A DNA stretch of 64,000 nucleotides from assembly GCA_048270185.1 (NCBI GenBank), contig JBLWTJ010000001.1:256001-320000 (forward strand), written 5' to 3'. The DNA comes from Bacteriovoracaceae bacterium (GTDB lineage: Bacteria; Bdellovibrionota; Bacteriovoracia; Bacteriovoracales; Bacteriovoracaceae). The notes under the pieces are model-generated. The model did no database searches. It was not told the origin of the DNA and saw nothing but the letters and a program-made list of their open reading frames with translations. Positions within the stretch are counted from its first letter, which is position 1; the number at the start of each line of letters is the position of its first letter. Below are positions 39,702-50,500 of this stretch, piece by piece. Position numbers and translations under genes: made by a program.

Positions 39702-40676
39702 TTAAATTGGGCTCTTAAGCTCTTCACCTCGGCTATAACAGTCGATATTTGCATAGATTAAATCGGCCATATCCTGACGGGCCTTATTATTGGCCGAACC
39801 AATATGGGGAAGGATAAAGATATTTGAAAGAGTTCGAAGGGGAGAGTCTACTGATAAAGGCTCATTGCAAACGACATCAAGTCCAGCGCTTGCTTGTGTA
39901 TTTTCCTTAAAGAAATTATACATGGCCTTTTCATTAATAATTTCACCACGGGCCGTGTTAATAAGAAGAACATCCTTCTTCATCTGCTTAAATTCAAAAT
40001 CATTTAATAGCTCATGAGTACTAGTATTATAAGGACAGTGAATTGAAATGATATCGCTTTCTTTTAAAAGCGTTGCTAACTCAACATATGTTGCGTTAAC
40101 TTCCTTTTCAATGCTCTCTTTTCTATTAGGTCCAGTGTAGATAATTTCTTGATTAAAAGCACCTTTACACATTTTTGCAAATTGTGTTCCGATACGCCCT
40201 GCTCCAATAATCCCGTGTTTTAGGTTAAATAGTGATTTGCCAATAAATCCACATGGCTCCCACGTTAGCCATTCATTATTGACGACATTATTTCTTGCTG
40301 CTTCAATCTTTCTAGCGCTACAAAGCATCAATGCCAGGGCCAGCTCCGCTGTAGCCTCTGTTAGAACATTTGGTGTATTAGTTACTTCAATATCTAATTT
40401 TCGTGCCTTCTCAAGATCAATATTATTATAACCAACAGCATATTGGCAGATGAGCTTTAATTTAGGTAGTGACTCTAATAATTGTGCATCAATTTGATTA
40501 CTCAACATTGTTATAAGGACATCACAATCTGTGGCCCTTTCTTTTATGTCATTATTTGTTATAGTTCCTTTCTCACTGCGTTGCCAGACTTCAATCTTGT
40601 GCCCTTGTTCTTGTAGATTTTTAAAAATTTGGCCTGGTAAGTTTTCGGTGGCAAATATCTGCAGCTTTTTAGACAT
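39702..40676 (-). CDS. D-2-hydroxyacid dehydrogenase (glyoxylate/hydroxypyruvate reductase family)
   Basis: AVGYNNID, NTPNVL, GAGRIG, INTARG, LPHIGS. Confidence 0.92.
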   Translation of the reverse strand: MSKKLQIFATENLPGQIFKNLQEQGHKIEVWQRSEKGTITNNDIKERATDCDVLITMLSNQIDAQLLESLPKLKLICQYAVGYNNIDLEKARKLDIEVTNTPNVLTEATAELALALMLCSARKIEAARNNVVNNEWLTWEPCGFIGKSLFNLKHGIIGAGRIGTQFAKMCKGAFNQEIIYTGPNRKESIEKEVNATYVELATLLKESDIISIHCPYNTSTHELLNDFEFKQMKKDVLLINTARGEIINEKAMYNFFKENTQASAGLDVVCNEPLSVDSPLRTLSNIFILPHIGSANNKARQDMADLIYANIDCYSRGEELKSPI

Positions 40677-40790
40677 ATTTTTCCTTATTATGTAAGACGT
40701 TGTAAGCTTAGTTCATTTTACATCTGAGCAAAGCATTTTAAAATAGAATATAGTCTTAATTTTACAAGAATAATTTCATTGGAGGAAATT

Positions 40791-42155
40791 ATGAAAACAA
40801 TATCAAAACTATTGATGCTGGCACTGGCCGCTCAAATCTCTCATGCTGCTACAATTGCTATCATTGACTCTGGAACAGATATGCTTCACGAGGTAATAGC
40901 ACCAAAGGCATGGACTAATTATGTTGAAATTCCTGGAAATAATCGCGATGAAGATCGCAATGGTTACCAAGATGATATTCATGGTTGGAACTTTGCTGAA
41001 TCAAATAACCAAGTGATCGACTACTCATACTTAGGCACTCTAAATGATGACATTGTAAGATTCTTTGAGCTGCAAGAAAAATCGATGAGAGGAACAATTA
41101 CTCAAGAAGAACTCGACTGGATGAGAAGTATTCTTAAAGAAGAGGATTTCTTAAAACGTATTCAAATTTATGGTAATTTCATGCACGGAACTCACGTGGC
41201 CGGCATTAGTGCAGTCAAGTCTGATGATGCTAAAATTATGGCCGTTAAGCTTATTCCAACAGAAGTTAAACTTCCTGGACAAAAGCTTGATGAGAGTAAT
41301 GAATATAGTGAAGAAGGTGTGATCGACTTCTTAGTTAAGAAGGCCATTGATCAATTAGCAAAAGCTCAAACTGCAACATTTACTGAAATTGCATACTATA
41401 TTGATGGACACGGTGCTCGTGTTGCCAATGGTTCTTTTGGGACTGGTTTTCCTCAGGCCAAGATGATTGTTGAAACTGTTATGAAGACTTTCTCTAAGAA
41501 AGAGCCAAAACAAGAAACAGTTGAGCACTATGCTAAATACTTTATTAATGCTCTTGTAGCTAATTCAAAGGCGATGCTTGAAGCGGCTCCAAATACTCTC
41601 TTTGTATTTGCTGCTGGTAATGATGGTTCAAATAATGATATCTATCCAACTTCACCAACAAACGTTCAAGGTGATAATGAGATTTCAGTTGCTGCAACAA
41701 TTGACTTTGATAAATTAGCTCCATTCTCTAACTATGGTGAGAAAATGGTTGATCTTGCAGCTCCTGGTGTCGGGATTCTATCAAGTGCCCCTGGAAATAA
41801 ATATGTTAAAGTTTCTGGAACATCTCAGGCCGCTCCTTACGTTGCTGGTGTTGCAGGTAAGATTCTTGATATTAACCCAGAGCTTAGTGCAAAAGAAGTT
41901 AAGACAATTCTTATGAAGACTGTTGATAGTAAGAGTTTTCTTGCTGGTAAGGTTAAATCATCTGGTATTGTAAATATTGAAAGAGCAACCACTGCAGCTA
42001 ATCTAACTCTTAATATGTCATTAAATGAAGCAATTAGTGAGTCGATTAAGATTGTTGCTGACATGGAGTCTCCACGTATGGAAAAAGCAAGAACTAAGCC
42101 AGTTTATTTTGAGGGTCTAGTAGCTCCACTACCATCACCATTTACAATTAAGTAA
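40791..42155 (+). CDS. Secreted S8 subtilisin-like protease
   Basis: IIDSG, HGTHVAG, AAGND, GTSQAAP; GGAGG RBS before ATG 40791. Confidence 0.93.
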   Translation: MKTISKLLMLALAAQISHAATIAIIDSGTDMLHEVIAPKAWTNYVEIPGNNRDEDRNGYQDDIHGWNFAESNNQVIDYSYLGTLNDDIVRFFELQEKSMRGTITQEELDWMRSILKEEDFLKRIQIYGNFMHGTHVAGISAVKSDDAKIMAVKLIPTEVKLPGQKLDESNEYSEEGVIDFLVKKAIDQLAKAQTATFTEIAYYIDGHGARVANGSFGTGFPQAKMIVETVMKTFSKKEPKQETVEHYAKYFINALVANSKAMLEAAPNTLFVFAAGNDGSNNDIYPTSPTNVQGDNEISVAATIDFDKLAPFSNYGEKMVDLAAPGVGILSSAPGNKYVKVSGTSQAAPYVAGVAGKILDINPELSAKEVKTILMKTVDSKSFLAGKVKSSGIVNIERATTAANLTLNMSLNEAISESIKIVADMESPRMEKARTKPVYFEGLVAPLPSPFTIK

Positions 42156-42164
42156 GTACAAAAT

Positions 42165-42190
42165 AAAAAAGCCGCTTAAAGCGGCTTTTT
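42165..42190. terminator. Bidirectional intrinsic terminator
   Basis: AAAAAAGCCGCT-taa-AGCGGCTTTTT. Confidence 0.85.
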
Positions 42191-42195
42191 CTTTA

Positions 42196-43764
42196 TTATA
42201 ATGTTTTTTCTAATTCTTTAACTGTTCCTCTTCTCGCTGTTCCAAATTCTGGCCTGTCTGCCATTTTCTTTAAGGCATTCTTTTTAATCCCTTTCATGTA
42301 GATGACAAGACTTAATTGGTTTTCACGTTTAGGATCATTAACTTGATTGATATATGTTTGAACCAGATCAAATCCATACATGGCCGGCTTACCCATAACC
42401 ATATTAACATCCCATTCAATACCTTTCTTATTTTCAAATGGGTTTGCTTCATAAGCATATTGAATGAGCTCTGTGCACACAAAGCGCGAGTATGAATTTC
42501 CATCAAATGAATAATCATACTTTTTTCCAAGGCTTGCAAATGCTCTCTCAAGGGCCAGCGCTTTATCTTTAACTGAAAGATTTGGTCTAATAATCACTAG
42601 ATTGTCCCATGCCATTGATGGGCCTAGCTCCATAAAGACAACCCCTGGCTTTAGACCTTCGATTGTGACAAAAGGGCGTCCTTTTTCTTCACTTTCGCGG
42701 TAGTCTTCCATATAGTCTGAAAATTGTGTGTTCATATAGCTCATAAAATCATAACACTCAAGATTTAGATCCATACATTTTTGTGCATAGACTTGAGTTG
42801 TCTCTAGATCGTTTGAAAAGTATTCTTTAAATTTAGAATGCTTTCCAATGTAGAGAAGACCGTGGGTCCAATTCCCTTTAAAAACGAGATTTGATAATTT
42901 TCCGTAGCGCTGAATGGCACCAATATCACCTGGTAGAAATTCGGCCTCAGATACTCTCTTTAGCTCTTTTTCTTGTATTCTGTGCTTCATTGGAAGTGCT
43001 ACATAGCTAAATGATTTTAAGATAAATTCTTTAATATTATAAAAGATATTGTAACTTCCAGCGTTCCAGTCAGTATGTTTCTTTAGGTACTTGAATGTAC
43101 TAAGCTCTTCGAGTGACTCTTCAACTGCATTTTCAATCATCTCAAGCTCAGCGTCTTGTTTATTGTACTTTGCATATCTTCTAACTTCATGATCAAGAAG
43201 GCTAAAGTCTTTAATTGTAGGATTTGCAATAATGCTCAAGTGGTAACGGTTAACAGAAGGGGAGCTTGATCTTCCATTTGCCTGTCCGTGTGGACGATTA
43301 GAATCATAGGATTGATAATTTGTTTTTTTAAATAATTTTTCAAATTCTTTTGAGTCGTAACCAATATCTTCAAAATCATCAGAGAAGACGGAGATGAAAT
43401 TCTCTCCACTCATCATCAAATAATTCATCAACTGAAGTGATGTATTATATTTAGCTACTTGCATTCCCATTAACTCAACGGCGCGATCGTATTTCTTCTT
43501 TCGAATATTCTTTCTTATCTTTTTTATTTCTTCGTCATTCTTATGGAGAAGTTCTTGAAGGTTTTTAAAACTATTAAGGAGGTTGATACGCTCGTAGTGC
43601 TTGACGATATAGCGCGGAGAGTAGGTAGTTTTACTGGCAATTTCCTTAGAGCTTTCAACAAAACTCATCAGTTCACGATCAAGATCTTTTTGGTATTTCA
43701 GAGCATCAAGCTCAGCTGAAAAAACCGACATTGTAAGTAGAGATAGGCATAATAAACGTTTCAT
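42196..43764 (-). CDS. Secreted protein with YiiX/YebB-like permuted papain amidase domain
   Basis: Signal peptide; LPGDI, WTHGLLY (His), GKKYDYSF, FVCTELI (Cys). Confidence 0.8.
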   Translation of the reverse strand: MKRLLCLSLLTMSVFSAELDALKYQKDLDRELMSFVESSKEIASKTTYSPRYIVKHYERINLLNSFKNLQELLHKNDEEIKKIRKNIRKKKYDRAVELMGMQVAKYNTSLQLMNYLMMSGENFISVFSDDFEDIGYDSKEFEKLFKKTNYQSYDSNRPHGQANGRSSSPSVNRYHLSIIANPTIKDFSLLDHEVRRYAKYNKQDAELEMIENAVEESLEELSTFKYLKKHTDWNAGSYNIFYNIKEFILKSFSYVALPMKHRIQEKELKRVSEAEFLPGDIGAIQRYGKLSNLVFKGNWTHGLLYIGKHSKFKEYFSNDLETTQVYAQKCMDLNLECYDFMSYMNTQFSDYMEDYRESEEKGRPFVTIEGLKPGVVFMELGPSMAWDNLVIIRPNLSVKDKALALERAFASLGKKYDYSFDGNSYSRFVCTELIQYAYEANPFENKKGIEWDVNMVMGKPAMYGFDLVQTYINQVNDPKRENQLSLVIYMKGIKKNALKKMADRPEFGTARRGTVKELEKTL

Positions 43765-43778
43765 AATGCCAATATAAC

Positions 43779-43806
43779 AAAAAAAGGGCCCTATTTTGGG
43801 CCCTTT
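43779..43806 (-). terminator. Intrinsic terminator
   Basis: AAAGGGCCC-tatttt-GGGCCCTTT with A tract. Confidence 0.8.
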
Positions 43807-43833
43807 GGTAAAGCTTACATAGATAGAAAGTTT

Positions 43834-46005
43834 TTAGTCATTAAGGATTGTATTATGGCGATATTTCCCCGAAATCCAATTACTTAGATCACTCTTGTAG
43901 CCCTTAGAAAAGCGCCTATCACTAAGTCCTCCTGGAAGTACTGTGTAGACATCATGCTTAGTATGGTCTGTTACCATTTTCCATGACGGTACAAATGAAG
44001 TAGTGCGCCCATGTGCCTCATAAACGGCCCCTTGGCTAATTGTCGATCGATTTCCTGGTATCTCCACATTATCAACATCAAAGCCTAGCCAACTTGGTAG
44101 CATCCCATCAAAAAGGATATGCTTCATTTTATAGCGGTTAGTATCTCCCCAGCGACTAGTATTTGTATCACATCCATCAAGTGCCGCTAGAATATACTTC
44201 TCCTTGTCGGCATGATCTTTAAACCAAATATGGTCAATATCGTTTGTTAGAAAAATTCGATCAAAGAGACCGTAGAAGTCTGCAATGATTGATGTCTCAT
44301 CCATGCAGTAATTAGTTACACTCTCACCAAGTAGGTGATTACTGAAGAAGGACTTTAGAAGTGTTTTGTAAAAAGATTCAAATAGAGATGCAGTTTTATT
44401 ATCCACATCATAACTACGATTCCAAGCAAGAAGTTCTTTTCCAACTGGATGAGTTTCGAATACTTTATGAAAGACATTTATGTAAAGGTCGGCCTGCCTT
44501 GAGATAGTATCACCTTGCATCTCCTTGAATAATTCCATCGAATGATCTTTGTTCTCCATTAAGAGCTCTGTGATTCGATCCTTTCGGTAAGAGGCCATCG
44601 GCGCATTGATGGCCGTAGGGAATTGCTCATCTTGAATACGATTATTTGCTGTTGCGATAATTTTTTCTGGCGGATTCATAAAGTGATAAAGCTGGGCCCC
44701 GTCATAATAGCCTTGCCAGATATTCTGCTTGAAATAACCTTCAACAGGGTAGAGGCCAGAGAAAGCTCTCTTAGGTAATATTCCAGATTGGTGATAGCCA
44801 ATATTTCCTTTGGAATCAGATATAAGCCAATTACAGCTAATGGCAACTTGAGAGACACAAGCAAAAACTTCAGAGACATCTCGTGCCTTTAGTAAATCTG
44901 TAATTGCCTTGAGTGTCTTTGCCCCACCTCTTTGGCGACAAGACCAGGCCATTGATAGATAATGTCCGTCTGGAACTTCCTCAAGTTCACTATCTACTTC
45001 TAAAAAGCCTGCATGAGTTTCACGAAGAAAGAGTGTTACATCATCTTTCTTCTTTCTTTTAATAATGTCTCGGCGTGTTTTAAATTCAAAGAGATTTGAT
45101 TCAAAACGATACTTATTACCACGGACTTCTTCTATAAAGTGATCAACCATATCCATGAATCCATAGGTAAACGAGAATGCAGTATCATCTCCTCTTCCCA
45201 TTACAAATCCAGGAACTCCTGGCATCGTAATCCCAAAGAAGTTACCAAGGGTCGAAATATTGGCCTTCATTTCATACCAAATGGCCGGGAGTCGATTACA
45301 TTCAAGATGTGGATCACAAGCGTGAATGGCATGGCCTTTTATATTTGAAACCCAATTATTTGAAGCCTGAATTTTTGGTATGTATTTCAAGAATTTATAT
45401 GATTCTGGAATAAGGGGATTATAGACTTTTACTTTCTTTACAAGGTGTAACTCGCTATCTGAAATTGTATCAAGGGCACCTTTGGCAAGAGATATAACCT
45501 TTTCAACCTGATCACTTGCTTCATCTGCATTTTGTAGCAGTTGAATGATGAGCTTTTCAAGATCTTGCTGCCCTTGGGCCAGGCCTAGGAAGCTCATGGC
45601 CTTAATTGTAAGAATTGTATCATTTATTTGCCAGGGAGCAGGAGTATGTCCTAAAAGCTTGAACTCAAAGGGTGTTCCCTCTGAAATGGCCTTATTTATC
45701 CCTTCAATATAGATTTCGAGCAATTCCTTTGTTTCTTCGTCTAATTCAGCAACTTCAAGACGTGCAAAATAGTCAATTCCAAGCTCGCGCATATACTTAT
45801 CAATAGCAAATGTTTCGTCACTATCCTTAATACACTCACATAATCGTCCTTGGGCGATGAGTCTAAGCATTTCCATCTGCATAAATCGATCTTTAGCGTG
45901 ATAGTATCCTTGGGCGTGTAGAAAATTTTTGACGTCTTGGCATGAAATCTGTCGAGTGACATTATCCAATACCGATGTATTGTAGCTTAAATTAGGTTTT
46001 TCCAT
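43834..46005 (-). CDS. Penicillin acylase-family Ntn hydrolase (peptidase S45)
   Basis: QGYYHAKDRFMQM, ASNNW nucleophile, DPHL, P.IWYE, ATANN, LPGG.S. Confidence 0.9.
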   Translation of the reverse strand: MEKPNLSYNTSVLDNVTRQISCQDVKNFLHAQGYYHAKDRFMQMEMLRLIAQGRLCECIKDSDETFAIDKYMRELGIDYFARLEVAELDEETKELLEIYIEGINKAISEGTPFEFKLLGHTPAPWQINDTILTIKAMSFLGLAQGQQDLEKLIIQLLQNADEASDQVEKVISLAKGALDTISDSELHLVKKVKVYNPLIPESYKFLKYIPKIQASNNWVSNIKGHAIHACDPHLECNRLPAIWYEMKANISTLGNFFGITMPGVPGFVMGRGDDTAFSFTYGFMDMVDHFIEEVRGNKYRFESNLFEFKTRRDIIKRKKKDDVTLFLRETHAGFLEVDSELEEVPDGHYLSMAWSCRQRGGAKTLKAITDLLKARDVSEVFACVSQVAISCNWLISDSKGNIGYHQSGILPKRAFSGLYPVEGYFKQNIWQGYYDGAQLYHFMNPPEKIIATANNRIQDEQFPTAINAPMASYRKDRITELLMENKDHSMELFKEMQGDTISRQADLYINVFHKVFETHPVGKELLAWNRSYDVDNKTASLFESFYKTLLKSFFSNHLLGESVTNYCMDETSIIADFYGLFDRIFLTNDIDHIWFKDHADKEKYILAALDGCDTNTSRWGDTNRYKMKHILFDGMLPSWLGFDVDNVEIPGNRSTISQGAVYEAHGRTTSFVPSWKMVTDHTKHDVYTVLPGGLSDRRFSKGYKSDLSNWISGKYRHNTILND

Positions 46006-46091
46006 ATTATTATAATGACACGATTAGCGTTTCCTAAAAAGGGATTTTTTGCGATATAATATCTTACAATTTAAATTCAAGGATAATAAAA

Positions 46092-47423
46092 ATGACAAGT
46101 ATTGATCACTCTATCATACCTGATTTAGAGCACCGTAATTTTAGAAATGATGATTTTTGGCAGCAGATTCCTGCATGGTCAAATGTGACAAGAGGTGAGT
46201 TCTCAAACCACCTTTGGCAATTAAAGAATTCAATTCGTAAAATCAAACAAGTTAAAGAAGTACTAGGAGATCGTATCTCTAAAGAGTTCTATGAAGATCT
46301 TGAAAAAGGACAACATATTACTCCGATGAATATTCGTATTACTCCTTATGTTTTTGCTCTAATCGACTGGGATGATCCTGTAAATTGTCCACTAAGAAAG
46401 CAGTTTTTACCAATTGGTTCTCAGTTCCTAGAAGATCACCCTATGCACATGGCCGACTCTCTAAGTGAAGATGTTGATTCACCAGTGCCAATGTTAACTC
46501 ACCGCTATCCTGATAAAGTTCTCTTTTTACCACTAACAATTTGTCCTGTTTATTGTGCTTATTGTACACGCTCTCGTGTCATTGGTGGTTCAACTGAATC
46601 AGTAGAAAAAGAATCATACGGAGCAAACCAGAAACACTGGGATAATGTATTTGCTTATCTAGCAGCTCATCCAAAAGTTGAAGATGTTGTTATTTCAGGT
46701 GGTGACGCGTTTATGTTAAATGCGAAGCAGATTCAATACATCGGTGAAAATCTTTTAAAGATCCCTCACATCAGAAGAATTCGTTATGCAACTAAGGGGA
46801 TTGCAATCTTTCCTCAAAAAATTCTAACTGATGATGCGTGGATGGAGGCCCTTGTTAAAGTCAATAACCTTGCAAAAGGCTTTGGAAAGCAAATGGTTAT
46901 CCATACGCACTTTTCTTCTCCAGTTGAAATCACTAAATGGTCGCAAATGGCCATGGATAGACTCTTCAGTGAAGGTATACTTGTCCGCAATCAGGCCGTT
47001 CTACAAGAGGGCGTAAATAATCATGTTGATACAATGGTGCTATTAACTCGTAAGCTTGGTTATATGAATATCCAACCATACTACGTTTATATGCACGATA
47101 TGGTCCCTGGTTGTGAGCACTTTAGAACTACTCTTGGCGAAGGTGAAGAACTTGAAAAAGCAGTACGTGGAACAACGGCCGGATTCAATACTCCTACATT
47201 CGTTTGTGACCTTCCTGGCGGAGGTGGAAAACGCCACGTTGCCTCTTATGAATACTACGATCAAGAAAATGGGATCTCTGTTTGGCGTGCACCATATGTT
47301 AAACCAGACAAGTTATTCACATATTTTGATCCAATTCATAAATTGGCCCCTGATGCACAAGACAGGTGGAAGGATGCGGCCACACGCAAGGCCATGATCG
47401 ATGAAGCCATTTCAAAAGCATAA
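46092..47423 (+). CDS. KamA-family radical SAM/PLP aminomutase (lysine 2,3-aminomutase-like)
   Basis: HRYPDKVL, CPVYCAYCTR, SGGD, NQAVL.GVN, PYY, CDLPGGGGK. Confidence 0.92.
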   Translation: MTSIDHSIIPDLEHRNFRNDDFWQQIPAWSNVTRGEFSNHLWQLKNSIRKIKQVKEVLGDRISKEFYEDLEKGQHITPMNIRITPYVFALIDWDDPVNCPLRKQFLPIGSQFLEDHPMHMADSLSEDVDSPVPMLTHRYPDKVLFLPLTICPVYCAYCTRSRVIGGSTESVEKESYGANQKHWDNVFAYLAAHPKVEDVVISGGDAFMLNAKQIQYIGENLLKIPHIRRIRYATKGIAIFPQKILTDDAWMEALVKVNNLAKGFGKQMVIHTHFSSPVEITKWSQMAMDRLFSEGILVRNQAVLQEGVNNHVDTMVLLTRKLGYMNIQPYYVYMHDMVPGCEHFRTTLGEGEELEKAVRGTTAGFNTPTFVCDLPGGGGKRHVASYEYYDQENGISVWRAPYVKPDKLFTYFDPIHKLAPDAQDRWKDAATRKAMIDEAISKA

Positions 47424-47437
47424 CTAACTGAATTTAC

Positions 47438-47471
47438 GCTTATGTGTGTCCTAAGATTGGCACACATAAGC
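47438..47471. terminator. Stem-loop after the KamA-like gene (no U tract)
   Basis: GCTTATGTGTG...CACACATAAGC. Confidence 0.45.
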
Positions 47472-47519
47472 TATTAAAATCACAAAACACGATACAGATT
47501 TCAAATACTTAATTTCTAC

Positions 47520-47547
47520 TTGAGTAAAATTCTCTTTATTCCGATAA
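47520..47547 (+). promoter_or_regulatory. sigma28-like promoter
   Basis: TTGAG-N15-TCCGATAA. Confidence 0.5.
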
Positions 47548-47586
47548 AATATATATAATTTTAAGTTAATAAAAACAGAGGGATTT

Positions 47587-50500
47587 ATGCTCAGCCTAGT
47601 ACGTAAACTCATATTGCTAATGACCCTGACTTCTTTGCATGTCTTTGCGCAAGATTCAGATATCAGTAAGCTCATAAAAGAAGAGACGACAAAGCTTACG
47701 CAGATTATCTCGGCGTCAACGAAACTCGATGAAAAGGCGATTAAGAAATATATCAGCGAGAATTACGAGGGAACTAGTTCTGAGTACCAAGATCTTGTCA
47801 TCAGGGAATTAAAGAAAGTATCATCTGGGCGTCGTGCTGAAACTCTTGCAAAAATTCTCTTAACAGAAAGAAAATTTATAAAAGCAGGTGAGGCATGTTA
47901 TTCAGTTACAAATCAATGTCTTGGACAAATGGTCTGTGATTTTCCTCTTGCAAGTAATCCTGCTAGTGCATTTGAAAAATGTCTTACTCCAAAAGAGGAG
48001 AACCAAGCTTGTTCCCCTGAAGTTGATATTTGTTTAAGTGGAAGTTGTAAGAAGATCACACGCCTGACAGATATTAACACTTGTACGACTGAGAAGAATT
48101 CTTGTAAGAGAGATTCTGAATGTTGTTCAAACTCATGTGATAAAAAAACAAAAACATGTAATGCACAATTTACTTGTTCAAAATGCTTCAGCGTTGGACA
48201 GAAGCCAGGAAAAAAAGGAGAGTGTTGTGAGTCTCTCTTTAAGAACTCTCGAGGTGTATGTTCGCCAATTCTTCCGGCCTTCTCAAATATTTTTCAAATG
48301 CTTAATTGGATTATTCCTGAAGCAAATGCAGCAGAAAATAGCGCTGAACTAAAAGGGCAGGTTGAAGCAACTAAAACTAAGCTTCAGGCCTTATTAGAGT
48401 CAAATAATGTTAATTCATCAAAATCTCAAACTTATATAAACAGTATTTCAAGCTCAATTGAAACTTGTAATTCAAAACCTATTTCAACAAATTATGATCA
48501 TGGACAAAGAGATTATCCAAGAAAAGATTGTTTCGAGGCATTACAAGTAAGAATTGGTGCTGAATATAATCACCAAATCGCTGTTCAAGCAAAAGTTAAT
48601 GAAGCGACAAAATTACTTGATGATTATGAACCTATTGCTAGAGGAAATCCAAAACACCCTCAGCACACACAAGAAGCCTATGATCAATTTGAAGCGCCTT
48701 TTAAGCAGGCGATGACTAATTGTATAAACCGTCACTCAAGTCTAGGTACAAATCAAGATAGCCGATTAAGTGAAATTAATAAGTGTGTTGATGCAACTAA
48801 AGATAATATTAATGATGCTATAATTGAAGCAGACTACCTTCTAACTCTTAACGGAGGAGAGTCAACTGCTCCTGATTATAATCTTTTTAACGGTGCTCAA
48901 GCAGCTTCTCCTCTATTCAAAGATGTACAGATCTCTGATATGAGGGCCTGTCGTGTAAATCTGTTTGGAGATTATCTTGCAGCTCAGCCAAATTCATATT
49001 TTGAAATTATGATGATGATGTTTGCCATGGATTATACAACTGGTGGTAAAGATGAAGGTGACTACTTTCATATCAAGTCACAATATAATACAGAGAAACG
49101 TGCCTCTGGTAATATGACAGGAACTTCAAATCAAACTTACAATTGGAATGTTCAAACTAATGCAATGAGAGGATATGATTTAGAAAGATTTGATCCAGGA
49201 GTCGTTGGTAAGGGACGTGCCCTATGGGATGAATTTGATTATTCAGTTGGTGAAGGTGCATTAAATGAAATTACAAATTATCTAGCAAACCTGCCTGAGG
49301 AAGAAAGAAAAATATTTCTCCACCTTTACTATAATGGAAAAGTAGATGGTGCGACAAATGATAGAATTATTAATTACTATATGAAGCAAGATGATAGTTA
49401 TATAAGTAATTTTTCAGGCAATAACCCAAAGGCCGGAGCTGGACGATATAATATTCGCGATGTTGTTCGTTTTGAAGCGATTAAATATAAACATTCAATG
49501 TATAAGCTCTATTCAATACTAAAGAAGCGCAGTTTAGAAATGATGTGTCGTTGTGTTGATACAGTTGGCCCAATGGAGAAAGAAGGTTGGCTTGAGTCTG
49601 ATGTTGAAGCAAATTATCTCGCAAATTGTAATGGCCTTGGGAAGTACGATACTTTCGTCGTTGATAACGATAAGGAAGTATGTGATGAAAATGGCGCAAA
49701 TTGTAAGAAAGTAAGTGATAAAGACTATATCGATACAATAAAGCAAAAGCAGGCCGATGGGTTAGAAGAAGTAGGCGGGACAAGTGCAATTTCTGAAAAC
49801 TCTGTCGGAAAGAAAATTGTCAATAATGGTGATTATAATATTGTCGATCGCCAGAATGATTACTTTGTTAATACACTAGATCGCGTTACCTCATGTATAG
49901 GAAGTGGCGAGTGCTCTAAAACGTCTCGCTATAGCGAGTTTGTAAAACAAAATAAAGTATCTTTTACAGAAATTCGTAAAGAAACTGCTAAGGGTGATGG
50001 ACTTGATTTCTCACTTTTTCTTCGTGATATGACATTGATGAAAATAAAGGCAATCGAAGATGCTACACTTCAAAATATCAATCACGGAACAGCTCTATTT
50101 GAATACACTGTTCAATGGCTAAAAGAATATAATTTTACCTATTTAAAATATGAAGGTGAAAGATATACGAAATCTAAAAAGTGTCTCTATCCAGTATGTT
50201 TTATCTTAGAGAAATTAAAATTCCTAGGAAGCTTTATTAATAAACTTCTTGCTGCATCTGTTAATTTAAGCTCTCTTGGTTTCGTGATCGGTGGAGATTT
50301 TAATATTGATCTCGATCCACCTCGTGGACCTGAAAATATTTGTGGACCACGAACAAAGAGTAGGTGGAAGAAACTTGGTGTGACCATTGGGAAGAAGTAT
50401 AAGATTAAATGTATGAAATTTCATGCTCGTGCCAATGATGTTTGTAATAAGGTCTTTGCATCAGGATCTTGTACAAGAAACTCTTATGTTAAAAGGGAAG

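Noticed and set aside
47458..47473. TTGGCAC as a sigma54 promoter for the 1408-aa gene
   Set aside because: GG-to-GC spacing is 9, not 10, and the sequence is the arm of a stem-loop.
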